61,845 nt of DNA, filler included, from Choristocarpus tenellus KU-1152 (GCA_964200185.2; 10 parts of 10 records of this genome joined end to end with filler, not necessarily neighbours in it); one strand, 5' to 3'; shown: positions 1 through 12,022, counted from the first letter of the whole stretch. Numbers and translations are program-made. The notes: a model not told the origin generated them from the letters alone.

Positions 1-620
1 ATAAAATAAAAAAAATAAAAGTAATGGAGAGATAAAGGGAGAAAAGAAGTATTCAACCGTGTAAAATTATCAACCTTACTCGAAAGAGTCCTTTTTTTTC
101 CATAAAAAAACAAATAGTTGACAAGAAAAGGACTTCAGTGAATAATTTTTTCTTGTAGCTTGTACAGTTCAAACAGATAGACGAGGACGAGGGAGCCTTC
201 AGATAACGACCCCCACCATAACGAAGCCTCCAACGGCAAAAAAATGACCCACTCCAGAGGTTCACACCAGCCAATGGGCCCTACAATTGCAGTTGAGTGG
301 TTCATAATCAAGTCTTGAATCATTCCACACACTCTTCATCTCATACGAATCGAAAAATGTTGGTCATCGTCAGGAACAGGCTTTTGTCATACATACACAA
401 CCCCGATCCCTTGTCTGACAACAGTTCCCAATGTGCCAACTACTACTGTGTGTTTCGGTGAAGGGCGCAATTCAAGTGCATTGCGTTCCTCCTTTGTTGA
501 CGTGATGGGATTCATTTTCATGCTTTCTCAACATACAAAATCGGAGCAATGGAGACACATCTCAAACATCCTCTCTCCCTAGGGCCCCTTCCACACAGCA
601 AATATTCGGGAACACGATAA

Positions 621-1376
621 TCAACAAACAAACAACATAAACCTCACCGCCAACATCTCTGCGTGGAATGGAGTGATGGTCACATCATTCCTCGAGTCGT
701 AGCTCTCCGTGCTAACCCTCCGGCGACGATTCTTCCTGTCGCGGCGAGGGTGGTCATCGTGGTCATCTTCAGCACCTCTCACAATAATCGACCCATCTTC
801 ACCCATCGAGTAGATCCCCAGCTGCTCATTGCCCATGTTATTATTTCTTTCCATCTGCTCCTTTGTTTCTCCAATGCCCACGGCTGCGGCAGAGGCAGAG
901 CCCTTTCCCCGCCCTTCCCCCTTTCGTTCCCTTCGGGAACGTGTCTGCATCCCCACTGGTTGCGATGACGTTGATGGAATTTTCAACCTTGACTGCGACG
1001 CAACATCAGAATCCTTGTCTCCTGAAGGCTTCTCCATACCTGAGGACAAAGGTGCCACCCCTTTATCACCAGAGGATGAAAAAACTGCAGGAGCAGTCGC
1101 AGCTGCCGCCCCTGCAACCGCCACAACTGCCACCTTAGGTGGTGCCCTGTGGTTGTTGTCTGAATGCAACTTTCCCAAGTGATCTTCCGACCGGTAGTCC
1201 TGAGACATGACTTCGGACATGGGGTAGGAATCGCGGCGCGCTTGCGACATGTCTGACCATGTCGCTTGCGACCCTTCTGCTTGCAACTCCGACCATGCCT
1301 CACCCCCTCTAGAGTCCGACCATGTATCCTGTGAGATCTGTGAGAGCGGTCCCCTGCCCACATTTCCCACCCCCAT
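621..1376 (-). other. Low-complexity 251-aa ORF of unknown function, probably part of a decayed TE or pseudogene
   Basis: Long S/G/A/R-rich ORF with internal repeats (SQDTWSD/SQATWSD). In-frame stops flank it and no recognisable domain is present. Confidence 0.25.
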
Positions 1377-1949
1377 CTACAATACCACTGCTCCTGCCCC
1401 CGATACTATCCTCCTCCCCTTCCTCACCATCTGATGAAGAACGGTAGGGTGGTGGAAGGGACCTCATACTTCCCCCGTCAGGTAGCGATGAACTGTACTG
1501 TGACTGTGCAGCACTGTCATAGGTGTAGCTGGACAGTGATGCCTTGCTGTTCCCTGGGAATGGAGGAATGCTATCATCTATGTCATAGGATGAGGCATAG
1601 TTGCGGTTCAGTGCATTCAGGTCCTCATTCTTGTTGGAATACCCTCCAGCAGGTGCTGGCAGCGCGACTGCATTCCTGGGTCGCAGGTTATGTTTTCAAC
1701 AAACACCATAAGAGACAAAGAAAGAAACAGTAACCCATTGGTTGGTCAGATGGGAGTGTCAGTGAGGGGGTACAACAGGGAGCGTATTGGAGGAATGCTC
1801 AACAATTTTGACGCTTCCATTACCAACCTATTACTTCATATTATTATATATATAGATCTTGCATGTGTGCCATGTATGCGTAGATGCCAGGATGGACTCA
1901 TGACGTCTTTCAAGATCAGGGATAAGGACAACGCACCATCACTGTTGGT

Positions 1950-3450
1950 TTTGATCATAAAAACGTAGAAAAACCAGGGGACCAAGATGATTCAATTAAG
2001 GCATGCATGATTGCATTGTTGCAGCAAAGTGCTGAAGGGAGGAGATGGGAAGGTGGGAAAGGGTTGCTTTAAAACTGCATGTCACCTACAACTCACCAGG
2101 GTAGATTCTGCTTCAGGTTGTTACCAAGTGGTTCTTATTGATCTACCAATTACGCAAGATATAGCATGAGTGATCGCTTAGATAGGCACTGCTGTCGTCC
2201 TCAACAAGGATACGCATCGATAGGGTGAATACTGATTCGGGCAAATACGCGCATCTAAGATGTGACTGTAGCAATCTTAATTGAGCAAATGTTGAGAGGA
2301 GCACTCGCAATTTCAGGTACTCAACTCGAAATACATGTGACTCCGACTGAACGCAATACCCCATAATGCTAGCCTGTCGGAAGTACAATTTCAATGGAGC
2401 GCCTCTGCTAGTCCTTATCACAATCAGTAAATAATTCAACTTTTGGGCATGGATCATTTAGTAACCTCAAGTAATGTCACGAAGGTAAGCTTCATCACGA
2501 CCGCCCTTTCTCAGACCTCGAGAAAAAGACCTTGCCACTAATCCTCGACTCCCAATATATATGGTGACCTTCGTCTTGGACTGTGGATAAAAAACACCAG
2601 GACAAGTCACCCTACACTGAATCATTGCACACCAGCACTGAAGCACCCTTGTTGCTAAGAGGGGCATCAAGGAGCTTGGAATCATCATGTACAGCCATCG
2701 AGTTGTAAATCCAACACACAGAAAACATCAGCAACACGACCATTAAAATTCTGTCCACCAACCCTATACCTAGAGCATCGAGCGATGCAGAGGCCAATCA
2801 TGATAACTGCTCACCCATCTCGTGTCAAAGCGCCACCAACAGGTGTTGCTAAAGCGATTGGTATGGGGTTGAATAGTTGTTCGCTTTCTGAGCTTTCCCA
2901 TGTCTCCAGTGTCGGGGCCTGCCCTAACGACGTCAAGTCCTGTGCAGAATTCCTAGCCCGTGGGAACTCTTCTTCTACAGGTTTACGGTTTGGAGACCTT
3001 ATCCACTTCGCATCTGCCATCACTTCTGCGCCTTCCCTTGCGCTCTGCGATTTAACTCCCCGACCACTCCACAGAACTCTCAAAGAAAACTTACCTCAAC
3101 CTGCCCCCCTCTCTCCTGTACCAAAGGAAACCTCTGCACACAACAGTGTGCCCACTCTGTACTCTAACTACCTGGCTGGTGAGCAAAGACACTCTTCCAA
3201 CAGAATGGGGTAAATATGTCCTTTTGCCCGATTGTCCAAAGTTATTAAAGGACAGACCAATACACAAAGTCTTAAAATGTGCAACTTGCTGCAAGTAGTG
3301 GTAACTGTGTAAGAGAGTGCTACAGGTACTGGACTCTCCGAAATCTAAAACTATGAGTTTTAGGCTTTTTATTAGGTTTACAGAAAAACTGAAAGAACAA
3401 GCGAGGTCCAGACTCACAACAGACATCAACACGAACAACAATAATATATA
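1950..3450 (-). mobile_element. Decayed RTE-like LINE, 5' part (APE endonuclease remnant)
   Basis: Frameshifted minus-strand translation (..GGQNFNGRVADVFCVLDLQLDGC..QGCFSAG..; ..CYILRNW..) resembles the APE domain of brown-algal RTE-like LINEs. Boundaries approximate. Confidence 0.45.
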
Positions 3451-3737
3451 GACAACGATTCTTTTCTTGTATTTTGGTATTTAGTCTGAAACTAATGTTA
3501 TGTAGACATTTACAATACTACGTACGTATATAGCACTCTTAATATGGATTGACCTTACCCGTCCGTGATCACAGACTCCATTCTTCTCACATATATTATA
3601 GATTATTATGAAGTCTACATTATTATGTAGATTATTATACCCTCTTTCATCTTGAGTCAATGTTACACTATTTTAGAGGTATTTCCATAACTTCGAACTT
3701 TCCTCTTGCTAATTTAGTATGATAGTCTCCCCTGACG

Positions 3738-3772
3738 CACCTGCAAAATGTCAGAGGGCATAATAATATAAT
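3738..3772 (+). mobile_element. Isolated 3' end of the CRE-like retrotransposon family
   Basis: cacctgcaaaatgtcagagggcataataatata is the reverse complement of the end motif at 13998 and 17264. A second, degenerate opposite-strand copy lies at ~3852-3895. Confidence 0.65.
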
Positions 3773-4389
3773 AGTCTCTTTTATCACACTTACATATTAC
3801 CATATATATGTTAACACACAACCCTCTCTTCCACACTATTATTATACATAGATTATTATGCGTTTTGACATTTTGTACATACATGAGGGAGAAACCTAAA
3901 CCAATACCACAGTAACCCCCTATAAAAGTAATGGTAAATGTGGAAGGTATCTAAGGTAAATCTATTTACTATTTTAACACTGAAAATGTTTCTTAGATGT
4001 TGCGCTTATCCATCCCACCCATCAGTTGCCTCTCTCTCCTCTCTTCCTCTCTCTCTTCTGCAGTAAACGTCTCGGAGTTTTGTGAATATTATTTCGCAAG
4101 TTGAACCCTATCGACTTTTTTTCGTGGAAAGATTATTTCGATTGTTCCAAGTCCATGTGCTAAGCACAACAGAGTGTGCACCCACATGTACTATATTTTT
4201 TATCCTTACTGTGCCACAAAAAAAATGGACCGAGAACGAGTTGACAAAAGCTGCGTTGCCAAGCGGCACCAAGCCAGGTCAGCACAAGATTCAATAAAGG
4301 GAGGAGGTTGAGTGACGAAGAGAGGGATATGGCTGAGCCCAACATACAAGATAAATGCATGGAGGTAGTACAATCAATAGTAGTGCAGT

Positions 4390-4539
4390 GTTGTGTCCTC
4401 CTAGGTATGCGGGCCTTGATTGCAGTGACATCCTCAATCATGAGCTTCTTATACCTCTCGCCGTCCACTGTGGCTGGCACAAGTACCCTGGTGCCCTTGG
4501 GGCGATGTTTGCTGGGGCTCTGAGCGACATTAGTTTCCA
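4390..4539 (-). mobile_element. Tc1/mariner (plant-mariner/DD39D-like) transposase fragment
   Basis: ORF 4160-4546 contains VAQSPSKHRPKGTRVLVPATVDGERYKKLMIEDVTAIKARIP, matching the 'AQRSSKNRPxGT...V..E.Y...LIE.VIPAIKA.WP' segment of plant-type mariners. It is cut by a family-C MITE at 4540. Confidence 0.7.
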
Positions 4540-4564
4540 GACCCAAAGTATCTGGGGGAGGGGG
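4540..4564. mobile_element. MITE family C, terminus truncated at contig end
   Basis: gacccaaagtatctgggggagggg equals the TIR of the complete copies at 57755 and 58433. Confidence 0.8.
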
Positions 4565-4664
4565 NNNNNNNNNNNNNNNNNNNNNNNNNNNNNNNNNNNN
4601 NNNNNNNNTTAATTAATTAANNNNNNNNNNNNNNNNNNNNNNNNNNNNNNNNNNNNNNNNNNNN
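4565..4664. other. Artificial contig linker (N44-TTAATTAATTAA-N44), first of nine
   Basis: Identical 100-bp spacer with stops in all six frames at 4565-4664, 8498-8597, 12453-12552, 21603-21702, 24533-24632, 27489-27588, 36198-36297, 42914-43013 and 49958-50057. The window is ten concatenated contigs. Confidence 0.98.
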
Positions 4665-4736
4665 TACATCAAAATTACAACATTGGATTTTCGCCCCGAA
4701 ATGGACGCGGATCTACCCTCTAAGGTACTTCCACTC
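4665..4736. mobile_element. MITE family A, partial (contig start)
   Basis: ..aaatggacgcggatctaccctctaaggtacttccactc matches the right end of the copy at 6423-6680. Confidence 0.85.
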
Positions 4737-6422
4737 GTACGCACAGAAAATAATGCGGGGCATTCGGGATATTTAGGCGGGGTATTTGGCCAGAAGTAAT
4801 CGGCGGACTGTTAGAAACGGAGTGTTTCTGACGTGCACTATAGAACGGTTGAGTTGTTTGGTATTCTGAGTCATTCAATGTTAGGATTTGGTGAGCCCCA
4901 TCTAGTGAACGTATCTCACTCTCTTCTCAACTGTGATACAAGCCAATAAACATTAATCATTGGCTGGTAAGAAGAAAATGTATCCATCGTAGGCCTTGGC
5001 GAATCGATAGGAAACTTAGTGGAAAAGATGGAGAAGAGTTGTTTAATGAATGGTTTATATTTTAGTAGTCTGAACCTTGTATTCGACACTCTCTGTTAAA
5101 CAAATAAGAACACAGAAATAATCCTCAACACGAGTATTAAGTATGATACACTGACACCTCTGACTGGTAGCAATGTATCCGATACCACTGTGTAAATGCA
5201 TAACCCATCGAATGAAAACTGCATGGACATGGTAGTCTGACACCAAGGAAAGGTACACTGATGGACGAATCAGACACTTGTAACTCGATCTGTACTTCAA
5301 CAAGAAAACTGAAATGACTCAACAAAAAATCTGAAACGACTAAAGCCCTATTTCAATTGGTGGGCGGATTCGAAATGACATTCCTCACCCTTCTCTCACC
5401 ACTCTACAAGCTTCGGGTATGCCTCGGTTAGAAGGTGCCAGATATTTAGGCGCGTGGAGTACCTGTCGTTCCACGGTTCGGGCTTCACGAGGCTCATGAA
5501 GATGGCCTTCCTTTCATGGAGTGTTTCCACATGCTCTGGACGCAGCGTGCCGCCGGGCTTCCCTCCACGACCGTGGAGTTTTAGCTCTGTGGGCTCATGG
5601 ACGTAGCAGTCATCTCCGAATACAAGATTTTTGCCCGCTCTGCCGGCCTTTAGGAGCCTGAAACCATGGTCGTATATGACCTGGGTAAGGATTTGGGTTT
5701 GTACCCGGTACTGTGACGAAGCGGGTTTTGTTGCTGATCGTAGGAGCTTGTTTATGTATGCCTCCAAGAAGGCTTTGGTGATCCCCACGACAGATGCATC
5801 GCTGGAGTTGACTGTGTCCTCTGTCAACGACGTCTTCATCACCATGTGCGGACGTTTCATTGTCATCATCATGCCCCGTAGTAGATGGCGGTGCATTTTC
5901 CGCATCTCCACCCTTTCTGGCAGAAGTGAAGATGTCCGCAAAAAGCTAGGTTCTACGTCTCTATCGTCATTTCCGCGAGGATGTTTGAAGGGTCCCATCC
6001 GTCCAGCACCTTCTCCCAACCTCTACTTTGTAATGACCGTTGTCGTTTTGGCCTTCACCTTACCCTTTGCCGAAGGCTTGTCCCTATGCGAGGAACCTGA
6101 TAGTGTCAAATCAACCCTTGGGGTTGTTGACTCGACGTGGGCGTTTGGGGGCATTACGGGGTCACTCTTGACGGGCATGGACTCTGAGTCCGTGTCTAGC
6201 CGCCCCCCCACGTCCTCCTGGACATCTTCCTCTGGACATGACAAAGCGTTACAATTGGATTGGTCCCCATCGCCTTCAGGGTCGTCCTCTGAGGGTGTGG
6301 TTGGATGCCTTTCCCCACCTAGTGAACCGCTTGCTGCACCTACAGTAGGGTTAGGTGATGGCGTCTCCTGTTCCTCTTTATCACCTTGTGGGTCGGGTCC
6401 TCCACAAGGTATAGGCGTGGAT

Positions 6423-6680
6423 GAGTGAAAGTATCTTAGAGGATACAAGTCTTGCCCTGTTTGTCCATTTGGGGCTTGACTTTCCTCGGAGTTTTTTCAT
6501 GACATCTTCCTCCAAAATATTTCGGAGTAGGTAAAATGTATACATTATGAAAAGGTGTGTCTGCAACAAAAAATATTGACACTTCCTAACAAACACGATA
6601 GCCAAAATTACATCAAAATAGCAACATTGGATTTTGCCCCCCAAATGGACGCGGCTCTACCCTCTAAAATACTTTGACTC
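6423..6680. mobile_element. MITE family A (258 bp, Sola2-like GAG...CTC ends, 4-bp TSD GGAT)
   Basis: TIRs gagtgaaagtatcttagagg / cctctaaaatactttgactc, with direct repeat ggat at 6419-6422 and 6681-6684. Confidence 0.93.
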
Positions 6681-7150
6681 GGATACGCCACCAGCTACCG
6701 ATGTCTTCGCCAGCGCAAAATTGCAGAAGGTGGAGAGTTCGTTCATGAGGAGTTGGATACGATCTGGATCGTGGTTGTCCCCAAGGGCGGTGCATGTGAT
6801 TACGATGCCTCCTGGTGGGATCTGGAGAAGGGTGACTGCTATCTCATGGTCGGCGCTCGTATCGGGCTTGAACTTGCCAAGGTCATCCTCGGACGTGGCG
6901 TTTTTCTCTGGCGTGATCACAGTGTTTGTGACTCGTGTTATCTCTGTAATGGTGGAGGAGTAGGCAAAGGATATGGCGAAGTAGGAGGTAAAACAAAGGG
7001 AATAGGGGTTAGGGTTAGGAGGCAAAGGCTGAGAAAAAGATGGATTGGAGTACATGTGGTTCGTCATACTTGGGCGGATTCTTTTAGCCCATAGATCAGG
7101 AAGACAAGTAGGGCTTGTAACACTGGGGTAAGAAGATGCGTATAGGACAA

Positions 7151-7462
7151 TAGGACATGAACCGCGACATAATTTCCCACCCTGTGCTGGGTTGTATTGA
7201 TCAACCATGCACAGTGAAAGTATGAATAAATGTGCTTGACGAGCATCTTCGCAACATATGAAGCTCGAGAACCCTGCCTCAGTGTACATTGTGAAACTGT
7301 CCAACTATAGGACATGAACCACGACATAGTTTCCCACCCTGCGCTGGGTTGTACTGATCGACAGAGCACAGCGAAAGTATGAATAAATGTGTTCGACGAG
7401 TATCTTCGCAACATATACAACTCGAGAACCCTGCGTCAGTGTATGTTGTGAAACTGTCCAAC
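7151..7462. repeat. Tandem duplication, 157-bp period, 2 copies
   Basis: taggacatgaacc...gtgaaactgtccaac occurs at 7151-7305 and 7308-7462 with scattered substitutions. Confidence 0.92.
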
Positions 7463-8319
7463 GTCGGTAAGATCTCCGAGAGTCGAGGCAATGTGTTTGG
7501 TGTAGGGGACGTTGTTTGATGTTCACGTATGGTGGTGTTGTACAATGATGTAATTGCTTGCCTGCGTGTTCGTCAGTGGTGTTCAAGGTTAACCCCCTCT
7601 GAGTATTTGATGATGTCGAGGTAGGCTGTACCCTCCTTCGCATCCTCCCGCAACACGAGGTCTCTTTTCCCTTATGAATTTATGAGGTTAAATTAATGTG
7701 CGCAGTTAGGGCGTTTATTGTGAGCTGACTTGTGACAAACTCAAACATGGTGGACAGATGAGTGGATGAACGTGACACTCCCTTGAGCACCTCTTCGCTC
7801 AGGATGTATTGTTTCTTTGGAGCAGCCTCTTCTGAAGACCCGGCTGAGGACTCATTGGCGTCAGGGTTGATCCCAAGCTCGTCTTTTCTCTTGAGGTCGT
7901 TTATGACCTGCACGGCGACCTCCAGGACAGCCATTTTGATGAAGACATTCTTGGTGTGCATCCTCCGCAAGAATGCCCTTTTGACTTTCCATGGTTACGA
8001 TGCCCATTCCTCCTTGGCATGGGTGGCAGTCGCAGGGTCTGGTTCGCCCTTCCCTGGTCTGTTCTTCCCCTATCCTCGCGTCCTCTTCTTCTTTCCTTGG
8101 TCGGTATCGACCGAGGCTCGTTTGTTCCGACGCCCCTTAGAGTGGTCGAGAACTGTCATGGAGGAGAGCATGGATAGTGGAATGGTAAATCACATGTATA
8201 ACATGGGTGTCTACTTCACGAGGCACGAACTTGACGGTTAATATTGCGGCTGTCAGGAGGGGGGTATATGCATATACATGTATACGTTAGGTGAATCGTC
8301 ATAGTCAAAGCTTGACTTA

Positions 8320-8497
8320 GAGCCAAATTATCTTAGAGGGTAGAGCCGCGTCCATTTGGGGACCAAAATTCAATGCTGCAATTTCGATGTATTTTCGGTT
8401 ATTGTGTTTGCTAGGAAGTGTCAATACCCTTGTTCCGAACACACCTTTTCATAACGTATACATCTTACCTACTCTGAAACATATCGGAGAAGGAAAA
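8320..8497. mobile_element. MITE family A, partial (contig end)
   Basis: gagccaaattatcttagagggtagagccgcgtccatttgggg.. aligns with the copy at 10972. Confidence 0.88.
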
Positions 8498-9388
8498 NNN
8501 NNNNNNNNNNNNNNNNNNNNNNNNNNNNNNNNNNNNNNNNNTTAATTAATTAANNNNNNNNNNNNNNNNNNNNNNNNNNNNNNNNNNNNNNNNNNNNCAC
8601 GGGTCATCACCCCACTAAAATGGACACTCTCCCAATGAGTGGAAGGTCTAATGTGGACATATACCATGACACACCTGGAAATTGCATGTATTATTGATAA
8701 CTAGTATGGGCAGAATGATGTCAATCCATGTGTGTCTTTGCTGAGACGAAGAGGTTGCATGCTGTATTGAACAGGTCTTTGTTGATACAAGAGTATCCAG
8801 AGAGAAGGGCTTGTAACGATGATAGTGAAGGCTTAGTCTTTTTACCTATTAAGCTTGTAATGATGATAGTGATGCTCTTGTAGTAACCCCTAAGTCAACC
8901 ATTGGAAGTACTTGGAGTATGTATATGGAAACCACATCTTGTGTGGTGATTCATGACAGCTCAATGCGCTACCCATTACATGCATGTTGTAAGTAATATC
9001 CCATTGGCATCATGGAGGTTGCATCTCCTATATACAAACCATGGACATGGCATGCTTGCCTGAGCTTTCTTGTGTCGTGTATGGCTTCATTTCTCAGTGC
9101 TCGTTCCATCATCTCCTTCAATCGCATCATAAATGGATTTACACATTATTGTCATTATTATGCTCATATTAATAGTATGTTGCTGTTGTTACACTTGCAA
9201 GAGGATATGGTCCATCTGCCCAGCACACCATTGAAGATGCGCTAAAGGTCCAAACCTTGTGTTGTTGGTGACTCCATTGAGCTGCTATACGGTAGTAGCT
9301 AGTTGCCATGGATTGCAGATGACAGCTGCACAACCTACACTCCTCAACATGTTTTGGGACCCCTAAGTTAACACTCCGATCAAACTCA

Positions 9389-9650
9389 GAGCCAAAATAA
9401 CTATAGGAGCTAGGTACCCCGGTTTGGACTTCTTTTTTTTTATCCCCCTTTTTCATCTGTTGTGATTCACCTTTTTTATTATTTATCTGGATGGAAGGCA
9501 AAGATTGACTTGAGAGTGTTATTTTCTAAATTGATCGAGATTTTTGGACAGTTCAGAAAAGTCCCTACACGTATTTATACAAAAGTAGAATTTTGCACAA
9601 TTGTCGGTCTGCAACATGCAACCTTGGGTACCTTTTGTTCGCTTTGACTT
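9389..9650. mobile_element. MITE family B, diverged copy in reverse orientation
   Basis: gagccaaaata..ggtaccccggttt and gggtaccttttgttcgctttgactt are the reverse complements of the family B ends. Flanks tca/gca. Confidence 0.7.
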
Positions 9651-10971
9651 GCACCGTTACTCTACTAGTGTAGGAGACATTCTCGAATATGAACTCAGGA
9701 GCTGGCATTCTATCTGGATTTAGTAGGTGCCCAGGCCTGATAGCAAGCTCACTCTTAGAAGCAAGGTCAGAGAATGACGCTTAATCGGCAAGAGTAAGGC
9801 GATGGAATAACGACCTTGGACAACGCAATGCAAAATGGTCCGACAAAGAAGCAAATAGGCGTAATAACTTTATTATTAATATGAACTCCTTTTGCTGCCA
9901 GCCCAATTCCAATATGTGGATTATCCTCTCTCCGAAGATCGTACAAGATGGGTTCAGTGTCGCCATACCGTATACCAACTATGACTGTAGTTGTGGGAAA
10001 CGTCCTACAATACCACATGTAATAATAATATTATTATGTTACGTACGTATTTGTACCTTCCAATATATATATATATATATGTCAATGTTCAATTCTAACA
10101 GGAGTCGTCCATAGTCAGTCGTGAGGAGTCCCTTAAGCTGGGTCGAGCGGTTCAGTTGAGTCGCAAATCTGCTAATCTCCCGCCACAGAATGTGCTAGAC
10201 AAAACGGTGCCCCGAAAATTGCCACTCTGGTCTAACCTCTATAGGATCTCTGGACCTTGACTGCAGAGGTACGACGACACGATCATTTTTGGTGCTGAAT
10301 TCAAGGAGACATCATTCTCAATATTAGAGCATCTAGAACACACTTCCTATTTGACATTTGGTACCCTCTACCGAACGAACATAGGTTACTGCTTCACGTG
10401 AAAAATAACGAAAGACAAGTTGTTGGGGTATCACCACGCTGTACGTATTCAACAAGATCGTTTGGAGGATAAGCAAAGACACCGCTGGTTGTGCTCCTAC
10501 TTTTTGTACCAATATAGGATTTTTGAACAAACGAGAATAGTTCTTGTGCTTCACAATGACTTTGCCAATGATCAGAATCCTCACTCAGTAGATCACACAC
10601 ATATTTTGCTTTCAACATGTATGCCAGATAGGCGATGGTTGATATGAGGCAGGCTCAGAAGAACGTACACGCTTGAGACGAAAAATTCTTTTGGGGACGA
10701 GTAAATTCTGTACAACCGCTTCTGGCTACGAATTATGTAGCGATATGGACAAGGATCTAGGTTAAAAAGTAAGCTCTCTGCTGCGAAGTATATTGGCATA
10801 CATTGGATTCAACGGGCATGGCTTGCCTCATCCAACTTGACATAAACATTGTCGAGGGACTGCCACTAAATGTTGCGCCATGCACTTCCAATGAAGATAC
10901 ATTTCATGCCTATGAAAAGATCTTGTCACTATGTTCAGTGTCCTCTACGATCTCCTTGTTTCCTACCATCT

Positions 10972-11226
10972 AAGTCAAAGTATCTTAGAGGGTAGAGCCA
11001 CGTCCATTTGGGGGCCAAAACCCAATGTTGCGATTTTGATATAGTTTTGGCTATCGTGTTTGTTAGGAAGTGTCAATACCCTTGTTCCGAACGCACCTTT
11101 TCATAACATACACATTTTACCTCCGAAACGTTTCGGAGTAGGAAACTGTCATAAAAATACCGTGGGAAGTCAAGTCCCAAATGGACAAACCGGGCAAAAC
11201 TCGTACCCTCTAAGATACTTTCACTC
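10972..11226. mobile_element. MITE family A (255 bp, TSD ATCT), opposite orientation to 6423
   Basis: TIRs aagtcaaagtatcttagagggta / taccctctaagatactttcactc, with atct on both sides. Confidence 0.93.
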
Positions 11227-11740
11227 ATCTGTGTTTTTTTTGAAAGCACTACGACCCAAGCATTAAAAAAAAACTGAGGAAAACCTTGTCCATCTTTGTT
11301 GTTTCCCGAAAAAAACGTATTGGACCAGTAATAGGGAAAGTAAGTACTGTCTCTATCCAACTCATGGTAAATGCACTTGGTTCAACTTACACCTGTTGCA
11401 CCAATTCTGTACGTGTATTGGGAAACACTTTCTGGCAATGTGTACTTGTTCATTCCTCCATTTTCGAGTGAGAGGTAGGTCCAGCCCAGTCTTCTTGGAT
11501 CTTGGAACACCTTGCACTCCAGAGCAGCCCATAGCCTGAAAAGTTGCCTTATTGCTGGAAGTGAATGTCGTTTTGATGTAGAGTCATTATAAGAGTGTAC
11601 CCAAGGCCTTTGCATTTGTCAGCATTTGTCATGCCAGTTGTCACTAGGAGAGGAGTTGCACTTGATCAGATGATGAAACGAGTCAATTGGGAGGGTTATT
11701 CTCCTCTTAGTATCGTTTTTTTCGCATTAGTTGGGGATGA

Positions 11741-12022
11741 GAGTCAAAGTAAACGAGAGGTACCCGGAGTTGCATTTTAAGTATGCTGAAAAATATGTGC
11801 GAAAATTCGACTTTTTTTTTTTAACGAAATGTGCATAGAATAATATTTTCTTAATCTTGTTGGCAAATTTTTCAAACAGTGAAGAAATAGACTCTCATTT
11901 TAACCTCTTACCGCTTCATCCATACAAATAATAAAAAATATGTGCGATTCGCAAAAGATCCAAAAAACGGACTCAAAAATGCGAAACGGCCAAAACCTGG
12001 ATACCCTCATCTACTTCGGCTC
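11741..12022. mobile_element. MITE family B (282 bp, apparent 3-bp TSD TGA)
   Basis: TIRs gagtcaaagtaaacgagaggtaccc / ggataccctcatctacttcggctc. The AT-rich interior is homologous to 41263 and 42395. Confidence 0.85.

Larger units (their letters stand above)
5396..8170 (-). pseudogene. Disrupted gene of unknown function (split by a MITE, with nonsense codons)
   Basis: Removing MITE 6423-6680 and one TSD joins ..LAKTSVAGGVS|TPIPCGG.. in frame. ORFs 6023-6448 and 5396-6019 share a frame across a single TAG. Further coding-like sequence with stops lies at 7680-8170. Confidence 0.5.

Noticed and set aside
4565-4664. Recurrent TTAATTAATTAA palindrome within N runs
   Set aside because: Artificial six-frame-stop linker. 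ORFs running into it (poly-X) and any cross-linker gene clustering are artefacts.
5631-6428. 265-aa plus-strand ORF (also 7762-8241 and 16746-17339)
   Set aside because: Antisense shadows of minus-strand coding sequence with no independent motifs.
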